Source: Candidatus Omnitrophota bacterium | GTDB taxonomy: Bacteria; Omnitrophota; Gorgyraeia; 2-01-FULL-45-10 | Assembly (NCBI GenBank): GCA_023818895.1 | Contig: JAMWCX010000001.1 | Location: forward strand, 239,789-271,788 | Length of the DNA: 32,000 nt | Reading direction: 5' to 3' | Shown: positions 15,543 through 22,464 of the stretch, piece after piece | How the letters are laid out: each line of letters begins with the position of its first letter | Numbering within the stretch: position 1 is the stretch's first letter | Program-made: the position numbers and the translations under genes | The notes under the pieces: generated by a model | The model's input: the letters and a program-made list of their open reading frames with translations, nothing else | The model's database searches: none | What the model was told of the DNA's origin: nothing

Positions 15543-16493
15543 TTAATCCATGTCTTTTCCTTTGACGCTCTCGTAGAACTCACGGTAATTTTCTTTCTTT
15601 GAGCCTTTCCTCAACTCCATGGCTGCCTTGGGATGCTCATTGAGCATACCGCAGATAGCGTAAGGTATCACGTATCCCCATTCGAGCCTTTTGCTAAGCG
15701 GTATGAACTCCTTCGAGATAAGGTCCAGTATGGGCCTGATGTCAAACTTGGGGTTTTTCAGAAATCCTATGAGCAACTCGAGTGGACAGTTACCGGCCGC
15801 CCGTCCAAGACCGAAGATCGTTCCGTCTACATAGTTGGCATTATGTATGATCGCCTCTATTGTGTTGCAGAACGCCAGCTGTTGGTTGTTATGGGCGTGA
15901 ATGCCGATCTCTTTAGATTTGATTATGCCTTTTGCCTTCTTTATAAGAAATTCTGTTGTCTCCTGATACAACGACCCGAATGAATCCACAACATATATCA
16001 CCTTGGCTTTCGATTCCTTTTCCAGTTGTTCAAACGCTTCGGTAAGCTCGTTGTCGAGCGCCCTGGAGATGGCCATTATATTGACTGTCGTCTCGTACCC
16101 CTTATCCGCAAAATGGTTGACCAGATATATGGCCTTGTCTATTTCCTTGACGTATGAGGCGACCCTTATCATGTCAACGGGGCTGTCTTTCTTCGGCCCT
16201 ATGTCATCTATATCCACCCTACCCACGTCAACCATCACGGATATCTTCGTCTTAGAATTTATGCCTTCGGTAATCTTCCGTATATGGTCGTCGTCGCAGA
16301 ACTTCCACTTGCCGAATTCCTTGTCAGAAAAGAGCCTGCGCGAGTTCTTATAACCTATCTCCATATAATCGATTCCGGCCTCCGAGAGAGCGCGGTAGGT
16401 CTCTCGCACGAAATGGTCGGAGAAATCATGGTTATTCATCAACCCGCCGTCGCGGATGGTGCAGTCGATCACTTTTATTTGTGGCCTGAACAT
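15543..16493 (-). CDS. DRE-TIM metallolyase (HMGL-like / pyruvate carboxyltransferase) family aldolase
   Basis: 316 aa with VIDCTIRDGG, DYMEIGY, VVDSFG and IGIHAHNNQQLAFCNTIEA (HxH), as in 4-hydroxy-2-oxovalerate aldolase, HMG-CoA lyase and isopropylmalate synthase catalytic domains. A strong SD (AAAGGAGG) lies upstream. Confidence 0.8.
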   Translation of the reverse strand: MFRPQIKVIDCTIRDGGLMNNHDFSDHFVRETYRALSEAGIDYMEIGYKNSRRLFSDKEFGKWKFCDDDHIRKITEGINSKTKISVMVDVGRVDIDDIGPKKDSPVDMIRVASYVKEIDKAIYLVNHFADKGYETTVNIMAISRALDNELTEAFEQLEKESKAKVIYVVDSFGSLYQETTEFLIKKAKGIIKSKEIGIHAHNNQQLAFCNTIEAIIHNANYVDGTIFGLGRAAGNCPLELLIGFLKNPKFDIRPILDLISKEFIPLSKRLEWGYVIPYAICGMLNEHPKAAMELRKGSKKENYREFYESVKGKDMD

Positions 16494-16526
16494 CTGCTCG
16501 CCTCCTTTAATATTGTTTTAATCTTT

Positions 16527-16805
16527 TTAGCGTGCGGCCTCGCCATAAGGGCAGCCGTGATAATAAGCGCCGCTTCTTATAACGTCCCTTATTGATACGC
16601 ACATGAAGGTCCTGCCGGAGATCGTCCTCTGAATACCATGTCGTGTGGAGTATGACTTGCAGAAATACCTGCCGTGCCGATCGCCTACAAGATTTGAACA
16701 CGGGTCCTCACCGGACGCGCCGCAACATTCACCGCACCTTCTGCAAAGCGCCTCATATTCGCTTTCGCGCTGGGCAAGGAATTTTTCGTACTCCCTTTCT
16801 TCCAT
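16527..16805 (-). CDS. YkgJ-family Cys-cluster (CxxCGxCC) putative Zn/Fe-S protein
   Basis: 92 aa containing CRRCGECCG plus further Cys (C..L, FCKSY, MCVSI, GCPYG), consistent with the UPF0153/YkgJ family. It is the first gene after the promoter at 16815-16842. Confidence 0.7.
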   Translation of the reverse strand: MEEREYEKFLAQRESEYEALCRRCGECCGASGEDPCSNLVGDRHGRYFCKSYSTRHGIQRTISGRTFMCVSIRDVIRSGAYYHGCPYGEAAR

Positions 16806-16814
16806 GGTGGAATG

Positions 16815-16842
16815 ATTATATCATGAGGATTAATCGAGTAAA
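16815..16842 (-). promoter_or_regulatory. sigma70-type promoter (TTTACT-16 nt-TATAAT) placed only 9 nt from the ykgJ-like ATG, implying a leaderless or near-leaderless mRNA
   Basis: The minus strand reads TTTACT (16842-16837), a 16-nt spacer CGATTAATCCTCATGA, TATAAT (16820-16815), then CATTCCACC and ATG (16805-16803). There is no room for an SD. Confidence 0.6.
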
Positions 16843-16858
16843 AAGAAATTTTAAGCGG

Positions 16859-16893
16859 CAAACAAAAACCCCGGCGCCGGCAGGCATCGGGGG
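16859..16893 (-). terminator. Rho-independent terminator
   Basis: The minus strand reads CCCCGATGCC-UGCC-GGCGCCGGGG followed by TTTTTGTTTG. This is a 10-bp GC-rich stem (one A.C mismatch, one G.U pair), a 4-nt loop and a T-tract. It is the only clear intrinsic terminator I see in the window. Confidence 0.75.
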
Positions 16894-16916
16894 CAACCGT
16901 GATAGATAGAGGCTAT

Positions 16917-16976
16917 CTACTTCTTCTTTTTCTTGGAAGCCTTCTTCTTGGCGGAGCATCCGCATGATTTACACAT
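16917..16976 (-). CDS. Candidate micropeptide gene, 19 aa, MCKSCGCSAKKKASKKKKK (CxxCxC + poly-Lys tail)
   Basis: ATG TGT AAA TCA TGC GGA TGC TCC GCC AAG AAG AAG GCT TCC AAG AAA AAG AAG AAG TAG. An SD-like GAAAGGG ends 5 nt upstream. It has its own promoter (17005-17033) and the terminator 16859-16893 lies downstream. An in-frame upstream ATG at 17000 would give a 27-aa form (MYLKERVF-MCKS...), but it sits 5-7 nt after the -10 box. Confidence 0.4.
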   Translation of the reverse strand: MCKSCGCSAKKKASKKKKK

Positions 16977-17004
16977 AAAAACCCTTTCTTTTAAATACAT
17001 ATAA

Positions 17005-17033
17005 AGTATACAAGATAATCGGCGTTTTGGCAA
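17005..17033 (-). promoter_or_regulatory. sigma70-type promoter for the micropeptide ORF (TTGCCA-17 nt-TATACT)
   Basis: The minus strand reads TTGCCA (17033-17028), a 17-nt spacer AAACGCCGATTATCTTG, then TATACT (17010-17005). It starts 2 nt after the stop of the upstream repeat-protein gene. Confidence 0.5.
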
Positions 17034-17035
17034 AT

Positions 17036-18046
17036 CTACCAGCGAAAACCCGCCCCGACGAATACCGCGGACTCCTCTTTCGTTTTAAGCATCCGGAAGA
17101 AAGCCGCGCCATCGCCCTCGAGCAAGGCATGCGAAAGATCAATCTGCAGACCGAGATCCTTGCGGTTTAAGGGGTCCTTGAGTTTGAATAAAATGGTATC
17201 TTTTGGCGTCAGTTTCGCCTGGGCAGCTATGGTAATCGGATAGGCACTACCGTCGGCGGTTTCGACCTCGAAGAAAAGCCCTGTCCCTTTCGCGATATTC
17301 CACGCTCCATATAAAGTTATAACTCTTTTAAGCGGGTGCGGTTGTGAGGATAACCGGATCCCAACTTCATATTTAATGTAATCCGAGCCGCATGCGCCTA
17401 AAGAGCCACGAAAATTAAAAACCGATCCGGAATTTCCTTCGAGCGCATATGATAAAAACGACCTACCGCTTATGCGCCATCGACCCTTAAATATGAGTGA
17501 ATGCGAATTTTTTGTCTTCGTTATAAGAGCGGCTTTCTCGTAGCGGTATACTATCTCGTTGTCGCGGTTTATTTCCCACCCGGCCTCTAGCGCCAGAATG
17601 TCATGGGCGCCTTTTTCTCTTTCCATTTTGAAGACAAGGCGGTTGTTCGCATCCGCCTGCCAGCGCCCGGAAAGCGCGATGACGTATGTGATCTGCTTAT
17701 TATCTGACTGTCTGGTCGTCACGGAGAATAGTATGGAGTTGTCGCGCACGTCTATTATATCTCCGGCTATCTCGAGGGAATCTGTGCGAGCGGAACGACG
17801 AAATTTGTCCAGCGTGAATAATAAGTTGTGTTCCTTCGTAAGAGACCAACGACCTTTGAGCTTCAATTGGTGAGGCAAAGCGCCGTTTTTCGACAAGGGG
17901 GATTTTATATGATATATAAGATTGTTTGACTTGTCTGTCTTGAAGGCGCCGTCAAGGACCACTCTCTGTCGCGGCAGGCCAACAACGCGTTCGGACGTGA
18001 CCACCAGACGGTTGAAAGGATCTATCTCGTAGCGCACCTTTTCCAT
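17036..18046 (-). CDS. Hypothetical beta-hairpin repeat protein (about 9-10 copies of h-x-h-x-G-x-W-x-h-x3-N-x-h-x-F-x-h), translationally coupled to pgi
   Basis: 336-aa ORF. Repeats include LKLKGRWSLTKEHNLLFTL, IALSGRWQADANNRLVFKM, LALEAGWEINRDNEIVYRY, LIFKGRWRISGRSFLSYAL and ITLYGAWNIAKGTGLFFEV. It ends ...AVFVGAGFRW. There is no signal peptide. The ATG overlaps the pgi stop by 1 nt (TGATG). I recognise no family. Confidence 0.7.
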   Translation of the reverse strand: MEKVRYEIDPFNRLVVTSERVVGLPRQRVVLDGAFKTDKSNNLIYHIKSPLSKNGALPHQLKLKGRWSLTKEHNLLFTLDKFRRSARTDSLEIAGDIIDVRDNSILFSVTTRQSDNKQITYVIALSGRWQADANNRLVFKMEREKGAHDILALEAGWEINRDNEIVYRYEKAALITKTKNSHSLIFKGRWRISGRSFLSYALEGNSGSVFNFRGSLGACGSDYIKYEVGIRLSSQPHPLKRVITLYGAWNIAKGTGLFFEVETADGSAYPITIAAQAKLTPKDTILFKLKDPLNRKDLGLQIDLSHALLEGDGAAFFRMLKTKEESAVFVGAGFRW

Positions 18047-19518
18047 CAGAGGATATAGCGGGGCCTTTTTATCAGAGGATGTTTCCTGATGTTTTCCGCG
18101 ACCTCTTGCGGAATGTCAGTTTTGCCGAGTTTATAGTACATATAATTTTTGTAGCCTTCAACACCGGGCTGATCGAAAGCGTTTACATCGAGAAGCTCGC
18201 CTTCTATTGCTGTGGCCATCTCAAAGAAAAACAGAAGCTCTCCCCACAGGAAGGCCGATATCTCAGGCATGATGATAGTGCAGCTGGGCCTGCCTTCCAT
18301 TGTCAAGGCCCATTCAGTAGCCTCCTCCGCGACGGAGATCAGCTCTGAATAGAATCTGCCTTCAAGAAAATCTCCTGTGCCAGCCACCTCGATGTCTTCG
18401 TTAAACTTCTCGACCTTGATAAATGTGACCGTCTTATTATCCTCACCTTCTATATTGTTCTGCTGTATGGAGTGAAGGTCGTTTGTGCCGCGCGCGGCTA
18501 TAGGCGTCCGGCCCACATTCACTATCTTTTCGGTATCGTTTTCCCATCTCTCGACGCCGTTGGATCCTACCCTAATCCTCCGACCGTATTTCTTGCCGAG
18601 GCTTTCGGCGAGAAGTTGAACGTACCAATCAGCCGTGGATTTAAGCCTTTCGGAAAATGGCATAATCACGCTGATGCACTTACCTTTCTTTCTATAAAGG
18701 ATTGTCTGCAACGCGGCGTACATATAAGCGGGGTTCTTAGTAAGCGAAGGCGCCGAGCAGCGCCTCAACATGCTCGCGGCGCCGTCCAGCACTTCGCGTA
18801 TATTGACCCCGACTATCGCCATATGCAAAAGACCTACGTTGAATTCCGAAAATCGTCCGCCCACTCCCTTCAACACCGGTAGGCTGCGAAAATCAAGGCC
18901 ATCCAGTGACTGCTCAGACTCCACCTTTTTCCGAAGAGTGCCGGATTTGGGATCGGTAATCGCGACTATCTGCCTGCCGTATTTATCTCCAATATTTTCC
19001 TTAAGCCATTTTTCAATAACCGCGAATGCAGCTTTGGTCTCCGTGGTTTCGCCTGATTTTGATATGACCACAACAAAGGTTTTTTTGGGGTTAAGATTTT
19101 TGATAAGCACGCTCAAGGTATCAGGATCCATGTTATTCCCCTCGAAAAATATCCTTGGCCTTCCGTTCCTCGCCTGAAGGAAATCATTGTAATAGGGATT
19201 GCATAGCGCCTCCTGCGCCGCTTTAAGCCCTAGGTAGGATCCTCCTATCCCCAGCGAGATTACATTTTCGTAAGACCCGGCGATCTCGTCTCCGAGTTCT
19301 TGGATCCGCTGTATCTGCCGACTGTCCTGGCGAGGCAGCGCGGTCCATTCAAGACCCAGTCCGATACGGTTTTCCTCGCTTTTGAGGATATGGGTAATAT
19401 GCTTATGGGCCTTGGCAATCTGGCCGCGCATCGAAGAAAGTTCGGAGTCGGTTACACCGCCTGAGGCACCAACGCTGTGGCTGAACATGTTATTAAAGTC
19501 AAATCGTAAATGCTTCAT
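18046..19518 (-). CDS. pgi: Glucose-6-phosphate isomerase
   Basis: 490 aa with the SIS/PGI motifs VISLGIGGSYLG and VVISKSGETTETKAAF, and a C-terminal catalytic region (DQPGVEGYK). Confidence 0.95.
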   Translation of the reverse strand: MKHLRFDFNNMFSHSVGASGGVTDSELSSMRGQIAKAHKHITHILKSEENRIGLGLEWTALPRQDSRQIQRIQELGDEIAGSYENVISLGIGGSYLGLKAAQEALCNPYYNDFLQARNGRPRIFFEGNNMDPDTLSVLIKNLNPKKTFVVVISKSGETTETKAAFAVIEKWLKENIGDKYGRQIVAITDPKSGTLRKKVESEQSLDGLDFRSLPVLKGVGGRFSEFNVGLLHMAIVGVNIREVLDGAASMLRRCSAPSLTKNPAYMYAALQTILYRKKGKCISVIMPFSERLKSTADWYVQLLAESLGKKYGRRIRVGSNGVERWENDTEKIVNVGRTPIAARGTNDLHSIQQNNIEGEDNKTVTFIKVEKFNEDIEVAGTGDFLEGRFYSELISVAEEATEWALTMEGRPSCTIIMPEISAFLWGELLFFFEMATAIEGELLDVNAFDQPGVEGYKNYMYYKLGKTDIPQEVAENIRKHPLIKRPRYIL

Positions 19519-20114
19519 CGTCTCTCCTGTTTGGTTGTCTGAAAAAAATCTATGCCAACTTTCGCGAGCATCTTGGCAAGTTTAGCCAGAGGCAAACCTA
19601 CCACGTTATAAAAACATCCCTCTATGCGGTCTATGAATATGCCGCCCCTGCCCTGTATATCGAAAGAACCGGCCTTATCAAGAGGCGATACGGCCTTAAA
19701 GTAATTCCTTATTTGCAGGTTCGTAAGCGGATACATATATACCTTGGTTCTTTCGTAGTCAGTATAGACTTTATCATTGTCTATATCAACAACTGCTATG
19801 CCGCTGTACACCCATTGGGGCTTTTTTGATAAAAGCTTAAGTGTTTGGAAGGCATCCTTAAGATTTTTAGGCTTCCCTATTATCTTCCGCCCCGCCATAA
19901 CGACAGTATCGGCCGCTATAACAATGCCGGAATCGAATCTTCTGGCGACCTCACACGCCTTCCGTAAGGCGTTATCCATAACCAGCTTACCGCAACTTCC
20001 CTTTATCTTGCGGCTTTCCTTGGCTCCGCTGCGTACCACTGTAAACTTAAGGCCCATCTCGCGTAATATCTCCCGCCGCGCTTTTGATCCGGACGCTAGT
20101 ATTATCTTACGCAT
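19515..20114 (-). CDS. maf: Maf-like nucleoside triphosphate pyrophosphatase
   Basis: The Maf pattern is present: MRKIILASGSKARREIL...VIAADTVV...GKP......A...L..LS......V.SG.A....YF....P.DKAG.F.IQG. I trimmed the ORF-track N-terminal extension (20186) to ATG 20114, which overlaps the upstream stop by 8 nt. The stop overlaps the pgi ATG (ATGA). Confidence 0.9.
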   Translation of the reverse strand: MRKIILASGSKARREILREMGLKFTVVRSGAKESRKIKGSCGKLVMDNALRKACEVARRFDSGIVIAADTVVMAGRKIIGKPKNLKDAFQTLKLLSKKPQWVYSGIAVVDIDNDKVYTDYERTKVYMYPLTNLQIRNYFKAVSPLDKAGSFDIQGRGGIFIDRIEGCFYNVVGLPLAKLAKMLAKVGIDFFQTTKQERR

Positions 20115-21306
20115 TGGCCGCAGCCTCGCCCGCGACAAAGCCGGATGCCCACGCCCACGCCAGGTTGTAGCCACCGCGAGAGCCATTCACATCCAGCGCC
20201 TCGCCTGTAAAGTAAAGCCCTTTTTTGAGTCTGGATTCAAGACTCACTTCGTCTATTTCGCTGTTGTCAACGCCGCCAGCGGTAAATTCGGCCTCATTCC
20301 AACCCCTCGTCCCGAGCACCTTGAAGCGTCTATCCTTTAATGACCCGGCTATGAAGCCGGCGTCCTTGGTTCTCAGCTCATTCCGCATGGCCATGGCAAA
20401 CTTGTTGGGAAGTATTCCTGCTATAAGATCATCGCCTGCCAGCCCCAGCGAGATCCTTCTGCCTATCTCAGACTCAAGCGCGCCTTTTTCCATGAACGGC
20501 ACCATGTCGATGGCCAGGCAAACGTCTTTATTCTTTACTCGATTTAATGCAATCGATATGACGTCGCTTATATCGAGTACGGCGGTGCCGGAAAGCCCGT
20601 ATTTTGTAAAGAGGAGATCGCCCGCTGTCCGGGCCACATCTTTTTCTTCTATGATCACCCGTATGCGCGAGGTTATCTTCTGCCCCTGCAGGATATGGCA
20701 CATGGGGTCTTTAACAGCGAGGGGGACTGCGGCCGGCACCGGTTCAATGATGGAGTGGCCGAACTTGGCGGCAAATTGGTAAGAGCTGCCGTCTGATCCA
20801 AGGGCCGGATATGACTTGCCTCCGCAAGCTACTATTACCTTCTGGCATGCGAGCTTCTCCGTCTTTGATGAGATGATAAAACCGTTGCCTGCGGCGGAAA
20901 TAGCTCTTACTTCAAATTCCGTCCTCACTGGCACAGCTAGTCTTCGAAGCTCAATCTCAAGCACCTTCACCACAGATGATGATTGATTGGTTACAGGGAA
21001 GATGCGGCCAGCATCCGAGTACATCATCAGCCCGATCTCTTCGAAGAAATCCTTGATGGAAGGCGAACCGAAGCGCAGGAATACTGACGAGACCAGCGAT
21101 CTTGCCTCGGGGTTGTAAAATGAGCTGTCCAGTATGTCGTTAGATAGATTACATCGCCCGTTGCCTGATGCCAGCACCTTCTTGCCAAGCCGCGGCATCT
21201 TTTCCACCAGCAATACGGAAGCGCGCTTTCGAGCCGCGCTTATCGCCGCAGCTATTCCAGACGCACCCCCGCCGACTACTATTATTTCGTAACTACGCCC
21301 TTCCAA
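20107..21306 (-). CDS. HI0933/BaiN-like FAD-dependent oxidoreductase (aminoacetone-oxidase family flavoprotein)
   Basis: YEIIVVGGGASGIAAAISAARKRASVLLVEK..LGKKVLASGNGRCNLSN is the family signature. The ORF track starts at 21390, which would overlap efp by 98 nt. I prefer TTG 21306 ((M)EGRSYEIIVVGGG), which gives the usual short N-terminus. The start remains uncertain within 21306-21390. Confidence 0.85.
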   Translation of the reverse strand: MEGRSYEIIVVGGGASGIAAAISAARKRASVLLVEKMPRLGKKVLASGNGRCNLSNDILDSSFYNPEARSLVSSVFLRFGSPSIKDFFEEIGLMMYSDAGRIFPVTNQSSSVVKVLEIELRRLAVPVRTEFEVRAISAAGNGFIISSKTEKLACQKVIVACGGKSYPALGSDGSSYQFAAKFGHSIIEPVPAAVPLAVKDPMCHILQGQKITSRIRVIIEEKDVARTAGDLLFTKYGLSGTAVLDISDVISIALNRVKNKDVCLAIDMVPFMEKGALESEIGRRISLGLAGDDLIAGILPNKFAMAMRNELRTKDAGFIAGSLKDRRFKVLGTRGWNEAEFTAGGVDNSEIDEVSLESRLKKGLYFTGEALDVNGSRGGYNLAWAWASGFVAGEAAANA

Positions 21307-21847
21307 TATAATCGCCCGATCTTGTGTCGACCAAGACAGTTTCGCCTTCCTCGATAAAAAGCGGGACGTTGATGACAAGGCCCGTCTCAAGCGTTGCCGG
21401 TTTCATGGCGCGCCCCGATGTATCACCCTTTGCGCCGGGAGCGGACTCCGTTATCCGAAGAGCTACGCTCACAGGAAGTTCTATGGCCACTGGACGGTGC
21501 TCATAATAAAGGACCTCTACCTCGAGATTTTCCTTCAGGTAATCCTTTGACTGGCCTATCATCTGATCATCAAGGACTATCGTCTCATAGCTTGTCATGT
21601 CCATGAAATGAAATCCCGCATGATCCCTGTAAAGATACTGGACCTTTTTTGACTCGAGATCAGCCTTCTCCACAGTGTCTGTGGGGCTGAAACGCCTGTT
21701 CACAAGTTTTCCGTTTATGATATTCTTAAGGGTCGTCTGGTATATAGCGCGCAGGTTTCCGGGCGTCCTGTGCTCTACCTCGACGACGACCAATAGATCA
21801 CCGCCCTCCCGTATTATCATCCCTCTTTTTAATTCTGACGCCTTCAC
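21293..21847 (-). CDS. efp: Elongation factor P family protein (non-canonical loop tip; YeiP/EfpL-like C-terminus)
   Basis: 184 aa with the three-domain EF-P pattern: LKRGMII...VVVEVEH..PG, YLY.D...FHFMD..SYE, ITESAPGAKGDTSG...KPATLETGLVINVPLFIEEGE...VDTRSGDYIGRA. Confidence 0.9.
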   Translation of the reverse strand: MKASELKRGMIIREGGDLLVVVEVEHRTPGNLRAIYQTTLKNIINGKLVNRRFSPTDTVEKADLESKKVQYLYRDHAGFHFMDMTSYETIVLDDQMIGQSKDYLKENLEVEVLYYEHRPVAIELPVSVALRITESAPGAKGDTSGRAMKPATLETGLVINVPLFIEEGETVLVDTRSGDYIGRA

Positions 21848-21865
21848 GACCTAACTCCTTTTGTG

Positions 21866-22411
21866 TTATTCAACTTTGACTTTTATTGCTTGCGGCTTGG
21901 CCGCTTCCTTCTTGGGTATAATGATCTCGAGAACGCCATTCTTATAAGAGGCCGATATGCCTTCGTTTTTGCATTCGGCCGGCAGCTCTACCACTCTTTC
22001 AAACCTTCCCTCCATCCTCTCTTGCCTCACAATGTTAGGACCTTTTTCGGTCACCGAAGACTCCCTCGAGCCGCTTATCTTCAATATCCTGTTATTCTCC
22101 AAAGTCACCACTATCTTGTCCTTATCCATGCCGGGAAGATCGGCCTTGACCGTAAAGTCCTTTTCGTTCTCTATGACATCTACACGCACAAGCCTGCCGA
22201 CTGGAGCAACGTATTCCCTTCCCCTCTCATCGAAAGACGAGACCAGCTCATTCGCGAACTTATCGACAGCCCGTTTCATGCGCACCAGCTTGCCGGAAAG
22301 CTCTTCGAGCTCCTTTTCTTCTTTGGCGCTCATCTGCGTCTGGGCATAGCCATCGCCAAAGACCGATGCGAGAAAACATGCGGCAGCCACCATAAATACG
22401 ATATTTTTCAT
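21866..22411 (-). CDS. Hsp20/alpha-crystallin family small heat-shock protein with an N-terminal signal peptide
   Basis: 181 aa with the alpha-crystallin core FTVKADLPGMDKDKIVVTLENNRILKISGSR...ERMEGRFERVVELPAECKNEGISASYKNGVLEIIIPK. The N-terminus MKNIVFMVAAACFLASVFGDGYAQ looks like a Sec signal. A strong SD (AAAGGAGG) lies upstream. Confidence 0.9.
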   Translation of the reverse strand: MKNIVFMVAAACFLASVFGDGYAQTQMSAKEEKELEELSGKLVRMKRAVDKFANELVSSFDERGREYVAPVGRLVRVDVIENEKDFTVKADLPGMDKDKIVVTLENNRILKISGSRESSVTEKGPNIVRQERMEGRFERVVELPAECKNEGISASYKNGVLEIIIPKKEAAKPQAIKVKVE

Positions 22412-22434
22412 CTGACAAGCCTCCTTTTAATATA

Positions 22435-22464
22435 AAATTTAACAGATTTACGTCGCGCTGTCAA
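22435..22464 (-). promoter_or_regulatory. Weak candidate promoter for the Hsp20 gene (TTGACA-18 nt-TAAATT), embedded in the coaX 3' end
   Basis: The minus strand reads TTGACA (22464-22459), then GCGCGACGTAAATCTGTT, then TAAATT (22440-22435). The -35 is perfect, the -10 is mediocre and the spacer is 18 nt. Confidence 0.3.

Noticed and set aside
16507-16701. 64-aa minus-strand ORF overlapping the ykgJ-like gene in another frame; similarly 27282-27494 (70 aa), 12275-12484 (69 aa) and 13662-13865 (67 aa)
   Set aside because: They are nested in alternative frames of genes with clear family signatures. Their composition is Arg/Leu/Ser-rich, and they have no independent RBS or promoter.
17036-18046. 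Interpreting the repeat protein as an ordinary outer-membrane beta-barrel because it ends in VGAGFRW
   Set aside because: There is no signal peptide or lipobox at the N-terminus (MEKVRYEIDPFNRLVV). The start is fixed by a TGATG overlap with pgi and there is no in-frame upstream extension. I kept it as an unclassified repeat protein instead.
19777-20782. 187-aa and 185-aa plus-strand ORFs (19777-20340, 20225-20782)
   Set aside because: They are antisense shadows of maf and the HI0933-like flavoprotein, with Ser/Pro/Ala/Arg-rich low-complexity translations.
21863-22435. 190-aa plus-strand ORF spanning the whole Hsp20 locus
   Set aside because: It is antisense to a canonical alpha-crystallin gene that has a strong SD. 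The plus-strand product has no family features and no RBS context.
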